Position numbers and translations under genes: made by a program
Notes under the pieces: generated by a model
Databases searched by the model: none
The model's input: the letters and a program-made list of their open reading frames with translations, nothing else
What the model was told of the DNA's origin: nothing
Virus record (IMG/VR): IMGVR_UViG_3300018916_000001
Coordinates: 32,001-96,000 of that record
Strand: one strand, 5' to 3'
Length of the DNA stretch: 64,000 bases
Source of the DNA: a virus
In this document: piece after piece, positions 27,301 through 35,892 of the stretch
Numbering within the stretch: the stretch's first letter is position 1
Layout: each line of letters starts with the position of its first letter

Positions 27301-28065
27301 ATGACTAAGACTAAACTTAAGATTATTAATAGAACTCCATTAAAAAGTAGAGCTATACCATTTATTGAGTTACAACCACGTTATCTCTATTGGTTAGATA
27401 CTAATACTGAAATTGATGTAGAAATTATACGAGAGAAAGACGCTCATTATGAAGTTAAGCTATATACTAACTTTCCTGATTCACCTGTAGGTATTAGAAC
27501 TTGGTTTATCTATAAGGAACACGTAGAAGTAATAGAAGACAAAAAGAAATCTAGTAAGAATATACTTAAGACTGATTATTATTATCAACTAGACAATAAT
27601 TATCATCCTTATACATCTTGCTTTTTAACTTGTGTAGCAATGCTCTTATCTTTCTATAAGGTGAAGGTAACGCCAGATGAACTATATAATAAATGTCTAG
27701 ATTTAGGATACGACAGGTTTTCTCACCAAGATATTGTAGCTATCCTTAAAATCTATGGAGTTAATTATTATGCTACTACTTCTGGTACTTTTGAAGAGTT
27801 AAAAAAAGTATTACAAACTGCTCCAGTAATTATTGGTACTTATCTCACTGAAGCTAGTCATATTGTATTAGCAGTTGGCTATGATGACTCTGCTTATGAT
27901 GGGCGAGGTGCAATTATAGCTAACGATCCTTATGGAGAATTTACTCATAACGGTTATATACATACTCCTACAGCAGGGAAAGGTACTTTATACTCTTATT
28001 CTCTAATGGCTCAGGTAGCTGCACCAGAAGGTAATGGAAATTATTGGTTACATTTACCGGAATAA
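27301..28065 (+). CDS. C39-like cysteine peptidase with cyanobacterial-type N-terminal SH3-like domain; probable endolysin
   Basis: YYQLDN..SCFLTCVAM (Cys), SHIVLAVGYD (His), NDPYG (Asp); N-terminal LKIINRTPLK..HYEV..WFIYKEHVEV. Confidence 0.75.
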   Translation: MTKTKLKIINRTPLKSRAIPFIELQPRYLYWLDTNTEIDVEIIREKDAHYEVKLYTNFPDSPVGIRTWFIYKEHVEVIEDKKKSSKNILKTDYYYQLDNNYHPYTSCFLTCVAMLLSFYKVKVTPDELYNKCLDLGYDRFSHQDIVAILKIYGVNYYATTSGTFEELKKVLQTAPVIIGTYLTEASHIVLAVGYDDSAYDGRGAIIANDPYGEFTHNGYIHTPTAGKGTLYSYSLMAQVAAPEGNGNYWLHLPE

Positions 28066-28069
28066 AACA

Positions 28070-28357
28070 ATGAAACACAAAATGAAGCGTTCTCTATATT
28101 TCACTAAAACATTTTTATTTTCTCTTTTACTTTATTTATCTGTTATCTATACTCCATTAATTAACTTCGCTTATGAACATAAATTGAGTAGAGGAGATTT
28201 AGAAGCTATAGTTATAGGTACTTTTAGTTTCTTAGGAGTTAGTAATGGTAGGTTGAGAGTTAACGAAGATATTAGAAAAAGTGCTGAAACGGGAGAACCT
28301 GTAGGATTACTTACAACTAAAGTAGTTCCTAGTAAGAGAAAAGAAGAAGAGGTATAA
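28070..28357 (+). CDS. Holin-like two-TM membrane protein
   Basis: Two hydrophobic helices and charged tail, directly after the peptidase; ATG at 28070 preferred. Confidence 0.55.
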   Translation: MKHKMKRSLYFTKTFLFSLLLYLSVIYTPLINFAYEHKLSRGDLEAIVIGTFSFLGVSNGRLRVNEDIRKSAETGEPVGLLTTKVVPSKRKEEEV

Positions 28358-28361
28358 GTTA

Positions 28362-29906
28362 ATGGTTATATTTAGTCTATTACTTGAAAAAGTTGAAGAT
28401 GATTATTACTATCGATATATTAGCGACAACATTACTTATTACATACCTTCATACAAAACTGATAGACTGAATAAACCTATTAGCGAATTTGAGTCTTTTG
28501 AAGATTATACAAGCATCTCTGAATTTTTAAATAGAGTATATAACGAAAATGAGTATAGCGAAGATTATGTAGTAAAAGAAGCTAAAGATACAAAAGAAAT
28601 ATCTATAACAATAATGGGGTATAAATATAAAAACTTCATTGTTCTTATAGGAAGTCAAAAATCAGATATTTTACTAGAAGAAACTTTATTTAAAGAAGAC
28701 TATATATTTCTAGTTAGATGGGTAGGTAATAAAGAAGATTTAATAGATGATATATCAGATAATGTAGTTAATCTTTTAGGATATAGCAAACAAGAAATAC
28801 TATCTAAACCTTATATAGATTTTTTACATCCTGATGATATTGACTTATTTAATCAAGAGTTAACTGAACATATAAAAGAAAATACTGCTTCTTTCTATCA
28901 AAGATATAGATTATTAGCTAAATCTGGAAAAGCTATCACTATTCTCGATCATTCATGTCAGATCTTTAAAGGAAATACTAAGACTATCATTGGTTATCTA
29001 AGAGATATCACTGTAGAAACTCAAATCTCTACTCAATTGAAAGAACTTATTAACTTAGATGAAGAAGATTTTAATAGTAGTCTTCTAATTAAGATTGAAT
29101 GGGATTCTGAATATCGAATAGTTCGTTGGAATACTGAAGCTCAAGATTTAATTGGTTGGGGTCACGAAATTCTTGGTAAAAGTATTAGAGAACTCAACTT
29201 ATTTTCTGATGCAGATTCTATTAAGATGCAAGGTCAATTTAAAAGATTATTTGCAAGAGAAGTAGATAACGTAATTAGTAGTTTTAGAATTCAAAAGAAA
29301 GAAGGAGGATTTATAGATACTAAATGGTCTAATCGTTTAATTACTAGAGAAGGTAAATTGAGAGTTGTATCTTCCGTCATAGATAAAAGTCAAGAAACTC
29401 TATTAACTACTCGCTTAGATGAGATGGAAGGTCGTTCTGACTTACTTCTAAAAACTCTAGAAAATACTCATTTATCTAATGATGTCTTTACTAAATTAAT
29501 GCACAATCCTCTCACTGGAAATCCTGAAGGACTTATTAAAGCTGAGATTATCATTAGAAAATTAGAAGAAGAGATTACTAGATTGAATAATACGATTTTC
29601 TACAATAACGATAATAATTTGATGAGTGACATTGCTTTCTTAAAGAATGAGGAACGTGTACTAAAAGATAAAATTAATAAAGTAGAAGAAAGTAATAAAA
29701 AGTTATCTGAACAGTTAGATGATTTATTAAACGTAAATATATTAACTCTATTTAAGAATTTAGATTTTAAAAAAGTTGTAGCAATAATTATATCGGGTTA
29801 TTTAATATTCGGTCAGTTTGTACCTGCTCTATATCCAAGATTAGTTAAACCTTTATTCCAAGAATATAATCGAGAAATGAAAGAGATTGAAGGTGATAAA
29901 AAATAA
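28362..29906 (+). CDS. PAS-PAS-coiled-coil-TM protein without an output domain
   Basis: ISDNVVNLLGYS..FLHPDD..YRLLAKSG..RDIT; IEWDSEYRIVRWN..IGW..LGK..KWSN; C-terminal VVAIIISGYLIFGQFVPALY. Confidence 0.85.
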   Translation: MVIFSLLLEKVEDDYYYRYISDNITYYIPSYKTDRLNKPISEFESFEDYTSISEFLNRVYNENEYSEDYVVKEAKDTKEISITIMGYKYKNFIVLIGSQKSDILLEETLFKEDYIFLVRWVGNKEDLIDDISDNVVNLLGYSKQEILSKPYIDFLHPDDIDLFNQELTEHIKENTASFYQRYRLLAKSGKAITILDHSCQIFKGNTKTIIGYLRDITVETQISTQLKELINLDEEDFNSSLLIKIEWDSEYRIVRWNTEAQDLIGWGHEILGKSIRELNLFSDADSIKMQGQFKRLFAREVDNVISSFRIQKKEGGFIDTKWSNRLITREGKLRVVSSVIDKSQETLLTTRLDEMEGRSDLLLKTLENTHLSNDVFTKLMHNPLTGNPEGLIKAEIIIRKLEEEITRLNNTIFYNNDNNLMSDIAFLKNEERVLKDKINKVEESNKKLSEQLDDLLNVNILTLFKNLDFKKVVAIIISGYLIFGQFVPALYPRLVKPLFQEYNREMKEIEGDKK

Positions 29907-30121
29907 TGCAACTTAAATTTTTAGGTAATATAGAATTTAGTAAAACTAATGCTGAAGGTAGAAAACGTTATAAAAGAAAATCTAAAGTCAATAATCCAAA
30001 TAATGAACTTCTAATACGTAAAGATAGAAGAGATGGTTTCAAAACTAAAATTAAAACTGTAGAAGAAGGTAGAAAATGGATAAATACTTTCCTAAATTTA
30101 AAGAGATATTTTAATAATTAA
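29906..30121 (+). CDS. Small basic protein with the shared leader
   Basis: MQLKFLGNIEF|SK. Confidence 0.7.
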   Translation: MQLKFLGNIEFSKTNAEGRKRYKRKSKVNNPNNELLIRKDRRDGFKTKIKTVEEGRKWINTFLNLKRYFNN

Positions 30122-30708
30122 TGTATAAATATATAACAATTGAGAAAATTCAGAGAAGTTTAGGTAGGAGAGCTAATGTATTTAGTAGTGATTTAATTCC
30201 TAGTGATAATGTATCTGTCATATCTAGCAATATAGATGTTGAATTAATACATGATTTAATAGTTAGAAATGAAACTCTTATAGATACGTATTTTGGAATG
30301 ATTTATGTTCTTCCTATAGATATTAGAGATATTCCACTTATCGAACCTATATTAGAAGGTTTTGTTATTAATGATTTAATGATGAGAGTTTATGACCAAG
30401 GAATGATTGCTTCTCTAGGTGGAGATGGAGGATTTGGTTCTACTATATATCAAAAAGCTAAAGAATTACTTAAAGGATATTTTATTGGTACGGGCATTTA
30501 TATACCAGGAATATCAGCACCAGAAGATAATGGATATGGAAAAGAAGCTTATCCTTTACTTCTACCTTATACACCTCAATTAACTAATAGAAGAGATAAT
30601 ATTACTAGGAACTATACAGTAATAGGAACTTATCAAAATAATAGAAGAAATATGGAATTTGATTTTCAAGATAATAGAAGATATTTAGGAGTTGAAAGAC
30701 CATTTTAA
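30121..30708 (+). CDS. Head-to-tail adaptor (Mu gp36/DUF1320-like)
   Basis: MYKYITIE..LIDTYFGMIYVLPI..YQKAKELL pattern and position. Confidence 0.6.
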   Translation: MYKYITIEKIQRSLGRRANVFSSDLIPSDNVSVISSNIDVELIHDLIVRNETLIDTYFGMIYVLPIDIRDIPLIEPILEGFVINDLMMRVYDQGMIASLGGDGGFGSTIYQKAKELLKGYFIGTGIYIPGISAPEDNGYGKEAYPLLLPYTPQLTNRRDNITRNYTVIGTYQNNRRNMEFDFQDNRRYLGVERPF

Positions 30709-30733
30709 TTTACTCATTTAAATAATATAAACT

Positions 30734-31042
30734 ATGAAATTTTTAGGTCAAATAGAATTTAGTAAAAAAGTAAAGAAAAGTCAAATGTGGAGTCCTGAAG
30801 TAGCTAAGACTAATCTAGCTATTACTACAGGTTTAGGTGGAGGTATTGGGTATCTAGAAGGAATGAAATCAAATTCTAGAAAAGGAATGCTAACTAATAA
30901 TCCCGTTAGAGCTATTAGTGGTAAAGGTTGGAAACGTAAACTTGTAGGAGCAACATTAGGTGCAGGATTATCTGCTGGAGTGGGTTATGCAATTTATAAA
31001 AACAACCCGTATAGTCCTATAGGTAAAAAGAAAAATAAGTAA
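30734..31042 (+). CDS. Basic glycine-zipper protein (putative capsid cargo)
   Basis: MKFLGQIEF|SK; GLGGGIGYLEG; VGATLGAGLSAGVGY. Confidence 0.75.
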   Translation: MKFLGQIEFSKKVKKSQMWSPEVAKTNLAITTGLGGGIGYLEGMKSNSRKGMLTNNPVRAISGKGWKRKLVGATLGAGLSAGVGYAIYKNNPYSPIGKKKNK

Positions 31043-31377
31043 TGATACGATTTCTAGGTCAATACACGGAATTTTCAAACTCTTTTACTAAGAATATGAT
31101 TAGAGAAAATGACAGATCTCTAACAAATGTTAATGGTAAGAAAGTAAATCTAAGTCACTTAGGTCTAATGAGTGCGTTAGGTGCTTATGGTGGATATGAG
31201 TCTGGCAAACTAGGTAATATGTTAAAAACCAAAAAGAATATAGCTGGTAAAGGTCTTAAAGCTAAGGTAATAGGTACTGCTCTAGGAACTGGATTAACTG
31301 GTGGGCTTAGCTATTATTTACAAACTAGAGATAGAGATGGACGTTCAGATAAAGGTAAAAAGAGGATTAATAAATGA
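31042..31377 (+). CDS. Basic glycine-zipper protein (putative capsid cargo)
   Basis: MIRFLGQYTEF|SN; paralog of 30734 (IAGKGLKAKVIGTALG vs ISGKGWKRKLVGATLG). Confidence 0.75.
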   Translation: MIRFLGQYTEFSNSFTKNMIRENDRSLTNVNGKKVNLSHLGLMSALGAYGGYESGKLGNMLKTKKNIAGKGLKAKVIGTALGTGLTGGLSYYLQTRDRDGRSDKGKKRINK

Positions 31378-31865
31378 GTAGTATATATTTTGTTGGCTCT
31401 ACTAATACTGAATATGGTAGAGGAAAAGATAAAACTAAACGTAAAAGCCGTATTGGAAAGATTACTGGTGCTGCGGGTGGCCTAGCTACAGGTTTATTAG
31501 CTGGAAAAACCTTAACCAGTGGAGCAGTAGGAGCTTTAGCTGGTGCAGGAGCAGGAATGTTAGTAGATAAAGACATAGACAGAGAGAAGAAAAGATTTGA
31601 AAAAACAAAACGACCTCTTAGTTTGAATGGGAAAGTTAATAATGACTTTATTAGTGGAACAAAAGCTTTAGGTACTACTGGAGTGGGTTTAGGTGGATTA
31701 GGTGGTGGACTTATAGGTAAAGGTCTAAAAAATAAAGCTAAGTTAGCATTGATGGGGGCCGCTCTTGGAGGTGTTGGAGGAGCTGGAATTGGTGGATTAG
31801 GAGGAATAGCGAGTGGAGCAATCAGAGCTAAACTACAACCCAATAGTAAGAAAAAGAAAAAATAA
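31374..31865 (+). CDS. Basic glycine-zipper protein (putative capsid cargo)
   Basis: MSSIYFVGSTNTEY|GRGKDKTKRKSR; four Gly-zipper segments. Confidence 0.75.
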   Translation: MSSIYFVGSTNTEYGRGKDKTKRKSRIGKITGAAGGLATGLLAGKTLTSGAVGALAGAGAGMLVDKDIDREKKRFEKTKRPLSLNGKVNNDFISGTKALGTTGVGLGGLGGGLIGKGLKNKAKLALMGAALGGVGGAGIGGLGGIASGAIRAKLQPNSKKKKK

Positions 31866-32239
31866 TGAATATAGGTCGTGGTAAAGACAAGAAGAAAAGA
31901 AAAAGTAGATTACTACAACTAGGTACTAAAGCTTTAGCTGTTATAACTGCGGGAAATCCTATAGACCGAGAAACTGTTAGATATAATAAGCAAGGCCCTA
32001 GAACTAGATTAGGTAAGATTGGTCATGACGCTGTAATTGGTGCAAATACTTTAGGTACTGGTAGCGCGTTTAGCGGATTAGTAGAAGGATTTACTAGAGG
32101 TAAGAATATCAAAAGTAAGTTATATCTAGGACTTTCTAAAGGAGCTAAAGAAGGTATTAGAGGAACGCTTTCTGGTGCAGGTATTGGAAGTACAATAGGA
32201 ATTACTAGAGGATTATTTCAACCTAATAAAAAGAAATGA
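31865..32239 (+). CDS. Basic glycine-zipper protein
   Basis: MNIGRGKDKKKRKSR; GTLSGAGIGSTIG. Confidence 0.7.
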   Translation: MNIGRGKDKKKRKSRLLQLGTKALAVITAGNPIDRETVRYNKQGPRTRLGKIGHDAVIGANTLGTGSAFSGLVEGFTRGKNIKSKLYLGLSKGAKEGIRGTLSGAGIGSTIGITRGLFQPNKKK

Positions 32240-32571
32240 GTAAACCTAAATGTAAATATAGAACAAGATTTAATACTTGGAAAAGAAGTAGAGAAGCTTC
32301 TGAAGTTAGTAGAAGTCTTATAAGAAAAGCACTTTATCTATGTCCTATTTGTAGAAATCCATTATCTCTAGGAGAAGGTCACTTATTCCACATAATACCT
32401 ATTAAACTACTATCTCAAAATAATTGTATGAGTTTAGTATCTAGCGAATATAATCTACTATATTCTTGTAAAAAGTGCAATTTAAAGCAGAGAAGTGAGA
32501 TATATACTGAATGTCTAGAAGATAATTTATTGAATATATGGAAAAAGATAACTAATGAAGTTTCTAGCTGA
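32236..32571 (+). CDS. HNH endonuclease-like protein
   Basis: CPIC..HLFHIIP..NLLYSCKKCN. Confidence 0.75.
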   Translation: MSKPKCKYRTRFNTWKRSREASEVSRSLIRKALYLCPICRNPLSLGEGHLFHIIPIKLLSQNNCMSLVSSEYNLLYSCKKCNLKQRSEIYTECLEDNLLNIWKKITNEVSS

Positions 32572-33556
32572 ATTTAAAAAAACTAAAGAAGAAAAGAAGA
32601 GAAATCTCACTAAAGGTATTGTTTATTTGGGTAGTGCGGGTTATACAGGTCAACAAACTATTAGATCAGGTATTCCTCGTTTATTAGGAGTACGATTAGA
32701 ATCTCATAGTACAAGTAATAAAAATGCAAAAGAAATACTAAAAAATGGTGGAATATTAGATCCAAATAAAAGTGGTTCAGGAGCTATTAGAGCATTGGAA
32801 GCTAATGAAGGGTCTTTAGCGGGATTTAAACCTTCAGATGCAAAAGGTAAAATTTATATTACTGGTATTCATCAAAATGCAAACTCTAGAACATTAAATG
32901 GAGTAAAAGTTGATCCTAAAAATGAAGATGTTTTAACTCAAGTTCTAAATAGAAAAGATCAGAGAATGGGTTATCGTGGACAATCTAGTATTAATTGGAA
33001 TGAAGTAAATAAAGATAGAGATAAAATAGCTCAACTAATAAAAGATTTTGATAACTCTACTGATTTAGATGAAAAGCTTGTCAAGAGCAAAGAAATAGGA
33101 AAATTAAAACAAGAAACATCTCTAAGAACTACTCAAGCTAGAGGAAAAGCTGCTATTAAAGCTCTTTTACCTACTACTGGTCGAAGTCTTTATATTGGTG
33201 GTAGTGACGAATATTTTAATAAGAACTTTAAACCTGATTTTGATGATGTTCGTGCTATGTACTCTGAAAATAAAATTAAAGTACATGGGAACAGAGCAGC
33301 AGCTACATTAGACGCACTTAAAAGAGAAGGTAATGGAAGTAGATTAAAAGGTGTTGCTAAATTAATTCAAGCTAATCCTAAAAGAGCATTGGCAGGACTA
33401 GCTATATTAGGTATTGGAGGAGGTCTTACAGCTAACTCAGCTAAAGTTGCTTATGAAAATCTAGCTCCAAGTGACGGTAAAGTAAAAAGTCATACTAGAA
33501 AAAATAAATCTGGTAAATGGTCAAATGTCAAATCTTTTGTAAGAGATAAAAAATGA
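32555..33556 (+). CDS. Leader + ADP-ribosyltransferase-like domain + Gly-rich TM + basic motif (putative capsid cargo)
   Basis: MKFLAEF|K; HSTSNKNAKEILKNGGILDP...GKIYIT; ALAGLAILGIGGGL; VKSHTRKNKSGKWSNVKSFVR. Confidence 0.55.
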   Translation: MKFLAEFKKTKEEKKRNLTKGIVYLGSAGYTGQQTIRSGIPRLLGVRLESHSTSNKNAKEILKNGGILDPNKSGSGAIRALEANEGSLAGFKPSDAKGKIYITGIHQNANSRTLNGVKVDPKNEDVLTQVLNRKDQRMGYRGQSSINWNEVNKDRDKIAQLIKDFDNSTDLDEKLVKSKEIGKLKQETSLRTTQARGKAAIKALLPTTGRSLYIGGSDEYFNKNFKPDFDDVRAMYSENKIKVHGNRAAATLDALKREGNGSRLKGVAKLIQANPKRALAGLAILGIGGGLTANSAKVAYENLAPSDGKVKSHTRKNKSGKWSNVKSFVRDKK

Positions 33557-34062
33557 ATAATGCACTTAAAGTAGACAAAATATTTAATTGGCAATCAAAC
33601 TATCAAAACTCTGTAAGAAATAATAATTGTCACATACAAATCTATTCTCCTCTATATGATTTTGATGTAACTGCAAAACGTATAAAAGAAAATCGTAGAT
33701 ATCTAAATCCTAAAGAATATGAATTAGTTATAGCTAGTGATTTTGATGATCATAGTAATGGATCTATTACTACTGAGATTTATTCTCTAGCATCTAAAGT
33801 TATATTAGAAAATACTTTATTAGTTCCACATACTATATGGATTAATAAATATGAACAACATCAAGAAGGTCTATTCAATTTCGACTATAAGATTTCTTTA
33901 GTAGAAATAAACGTTAACTATATAGGAAATGAAAGTTTTACTTATTATCCTATATGGCAAGATGAATTAGATTATTTAATCACTGGAGATCCTGTATATT
34001 TTAGAGAAGTCTGTTCTAGTGGATGGAGTCAGTTATATGAAAGATGGAAGAGTAGAATTTAG
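33553..34062 (+). CDS. Hypothetical protein
   Basis: 169-aa ORF with ATGA overlap. Confidence 0.7.
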   Translation: MNNALKVDKIFNWQSNYQNSVRNNNCHIQIYSPLYDFDVTAKRIKENRRYLNPKEYELVIASDFDDHSNGSITTEIYSLASKVILENTLLVPHTIWINKYEQHQEGLFNFDYKISLVEINVNYIGNESFTYYPIWQDELDYLITGDPVYFREVCSSGWSQLYERWKSRI

Positions 34063-34150
34063 ATCTCTTAGACATTCTTAAATCGAATAATAGAAATTAG
34101 TTCTCGTTAGATAATTTAGTATAAAAATAAAGTTAAAAATTAAAAATAAT

Positions 34151-34978
34151 ATGGCAGATAATAAAAGTCCCGCTCAAGCTACAAATTTACTGAACTTCTT
34201 AAAAGGTTTAGTCGTTACATCTCCGATTAATAATAACGTTTTCATTGGTTTATCTACTACTCTTCCAACTGCGGAAGGTGGTAATTTTACTGAACCTGCT
34301 GGATCTACGGGTTATGCAAAAGTTCAATATGCAACTGGTGTATCAAACTTCTCAGAACCTAATAAGCGCTCATGTTTCAATCAACAAGAAGTGAAGTTTA
34401 ATGTTGCTCTTACCCAATATCCTACTGTAGTTGCTGTAGGTATATTTGATGAGACTAGCGATACCGTTCCTCTTTATTTCGGTTCTATTGATTTAGGTCG
34501 AAGTATTGAAACTGGTGATAGAGTATATTTCCCACCTCAAGGAATCATCATTCATGAAGTTCAACCGACGTTTACTAAATCTGATTATTTAGCAAATGCA
34601 CAATTGAAACTCTTACGTAATGAGACATTTGAAACTCCGTCTGAGATTTATTTGGCTCTTGGTACAATGACTCCTACGATGACTGGAGATATTGGTGAAT
34701 TGACTAATACTAACTCCCCTGGCTATGTCCGAATTCCTATTCCTTGTAATGCAGCGAATTGGCAAGTTACTGGACGAACTGCGACTAATCTTATGGAATT
34801 AGTATTTCCAATGGCAACTGCACCTTGGGAGAATATTAAATCCTTCGCTCTACATAGAAGTGCTACTGGTAATACAGATATGCTCTATTGTGGAAGTTTT
34901 GGAGAGAACAACACTAAAGTTATTTACCTCAAAGATAAATTACGGATTCCAGTAGGCGCAATTACAGTTTCAGAATAA
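34151..34978 (+). CDS. Virion structural protein with two tandem repeated domains (minor tail/fibre-type)
   Basis: FIGLST..EPAGSTGYA..F..A..VGIFD repeated as YLALGT..ELT..PGYVR..F..A..FALH. Confidence 0.7.
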   Translation: MADNKSPAQATNLLNFLKGLVVTSPINNNVFIGLSTTLPTAEGGNFTEPAGSTGYAKVQYATGVSNFSEPNKRSCFNQQEVKFNVALTQYPTVVAVGIFDETSDTVPLYFGSIDLGRSIETGDRVYFPPQGIIIHEVQPTFTKSDYLANAQLKLLRNETFETPSEIYLALGTMTPTMTGDIGELTNTNSPGYVRIPIPCNAANWQVTGRTATNLMELVFPMATAPWENIKSFALHRSATGNTDMLYCGSFGENNTKVIYLKDKLRIPVGAITVSE

Positions 34979-34988
34979 GAGGTATATT

Positions 34989-35891
34989 ATGACGGATTAC
35001 GCACTCCAAGCAAATATATATACTGATTCTTCTAGTCTAAATATCTCAAATGTAGATTATGATAGAGCATTTATGGCAACTATAAAGCCAGATAGTAGTT
35101 CTATGAAAATATCTAAAGTTGAGTATGACAGAGCATTGATAGCTAATATCTATACTGATAAAAGTAAGATTGCAGCATTAATGTTTAAATATACAGCTTA
35201 TTTAGCTAATATCTATACTGATAAATCTAAAGTAAAGGTAGATGCAAAACGTGATTTAGCTATTTCATCTAAGATTCAAGTTCAACCTGCTAAGACAAAT
35301 ATATTTCTAGGGGCGGATAGATCTCTTACAGCAAAATTAAATAAAGATAATAGCTCAATTAGTATTGTTCCTAAAGTAGATAGAGCGTTACAAGCAACTA
35401 TTGAAACAGATTCTTCTAAATTTAGTATTAGTAAAATTGAACGAGATATTCTAACTGAAGCACCAACCGGACAAACCTACGTAATTATTAAAGGAGTAGA
35501 TGTAAGTCTTAATGGTTATTCACTAGCTAGAAACTCAGTTCATGCTATTAATATTTTGATTTATGGAGATAGATTATCTGAGAAAGGCACAAATATAGAA
35601 TTTATAGTAAAACGTAATATTTCTGATCCGGATGATTCTGCTGTAATCTATAACTCTACTAATGGTAAAGGTATTAAGTTTATCCAAGTAAAAGATATTC
35701 CTGAAACTGAACTTAAAGAATATAAAGCACAAATCCAATTGAAAGAATCTGATTTCTATTTAATCACTAACCAACGACCTACCAAACTCTATTATGAAGT
35801 GAGAGTAATAGATTCGTTAGATGGTAGATATCCTCCAGTAGAAGCGGGATATTTCAATTTAAGTACAACTCTTATCGATACAAGATTTTAA
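34989..35891 (+). CDS. Virion structural protein with N-terminal short repeats
   Basis: YDRALxANIYTDxS repeats of about 20-23 aa; C-terminal beta domain. Confidence 0.65.
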   Translation: MTDYALQANIYTDSSSLNISNVDYDRAFMATIKPDSSSMKISKVEYDRALIANIYTDKSKIAALMFKYTAYLANIYTDKSKVKVDAKRDLAISSKIQVQPAKTNIFLGADRSLTAKLNKDNSSISIVPKVDRALQATIETDSSKFSISKIERDILTEAPTGQTYVIIKGVDVSLNGYSLARNSVHAINILIYGDRLSEKGTNIEFIVKRNISDPDDSAVIYNSTNGKGIKFIQVKDIPETELKEYKAQIQLKESDFYLITNQRPTKLYYEVRVIDSLDGRYPPVEAGYFNLSTTLIDTRF

Positions 35892-35892
35892 A

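Noticed and set aside
28362-29906. Histidine kinase or LOV photoreceptor
   Set aside because: No H-box/HATPase motifs and no NCRFLQ motif
31367-31843. 158-aa Pro-rich minus-strand ORF
   Set aside because: Reverse complement of the Gly codons of 31374-31865, which has the family leader and operon coupling
20480-32239. Classical double-glycine bacteriocin cluster
   Set aside because: Leaders end in F/Y rather than GG; no ABC exporter or immunity gene; genes are interleaved with capsid genes
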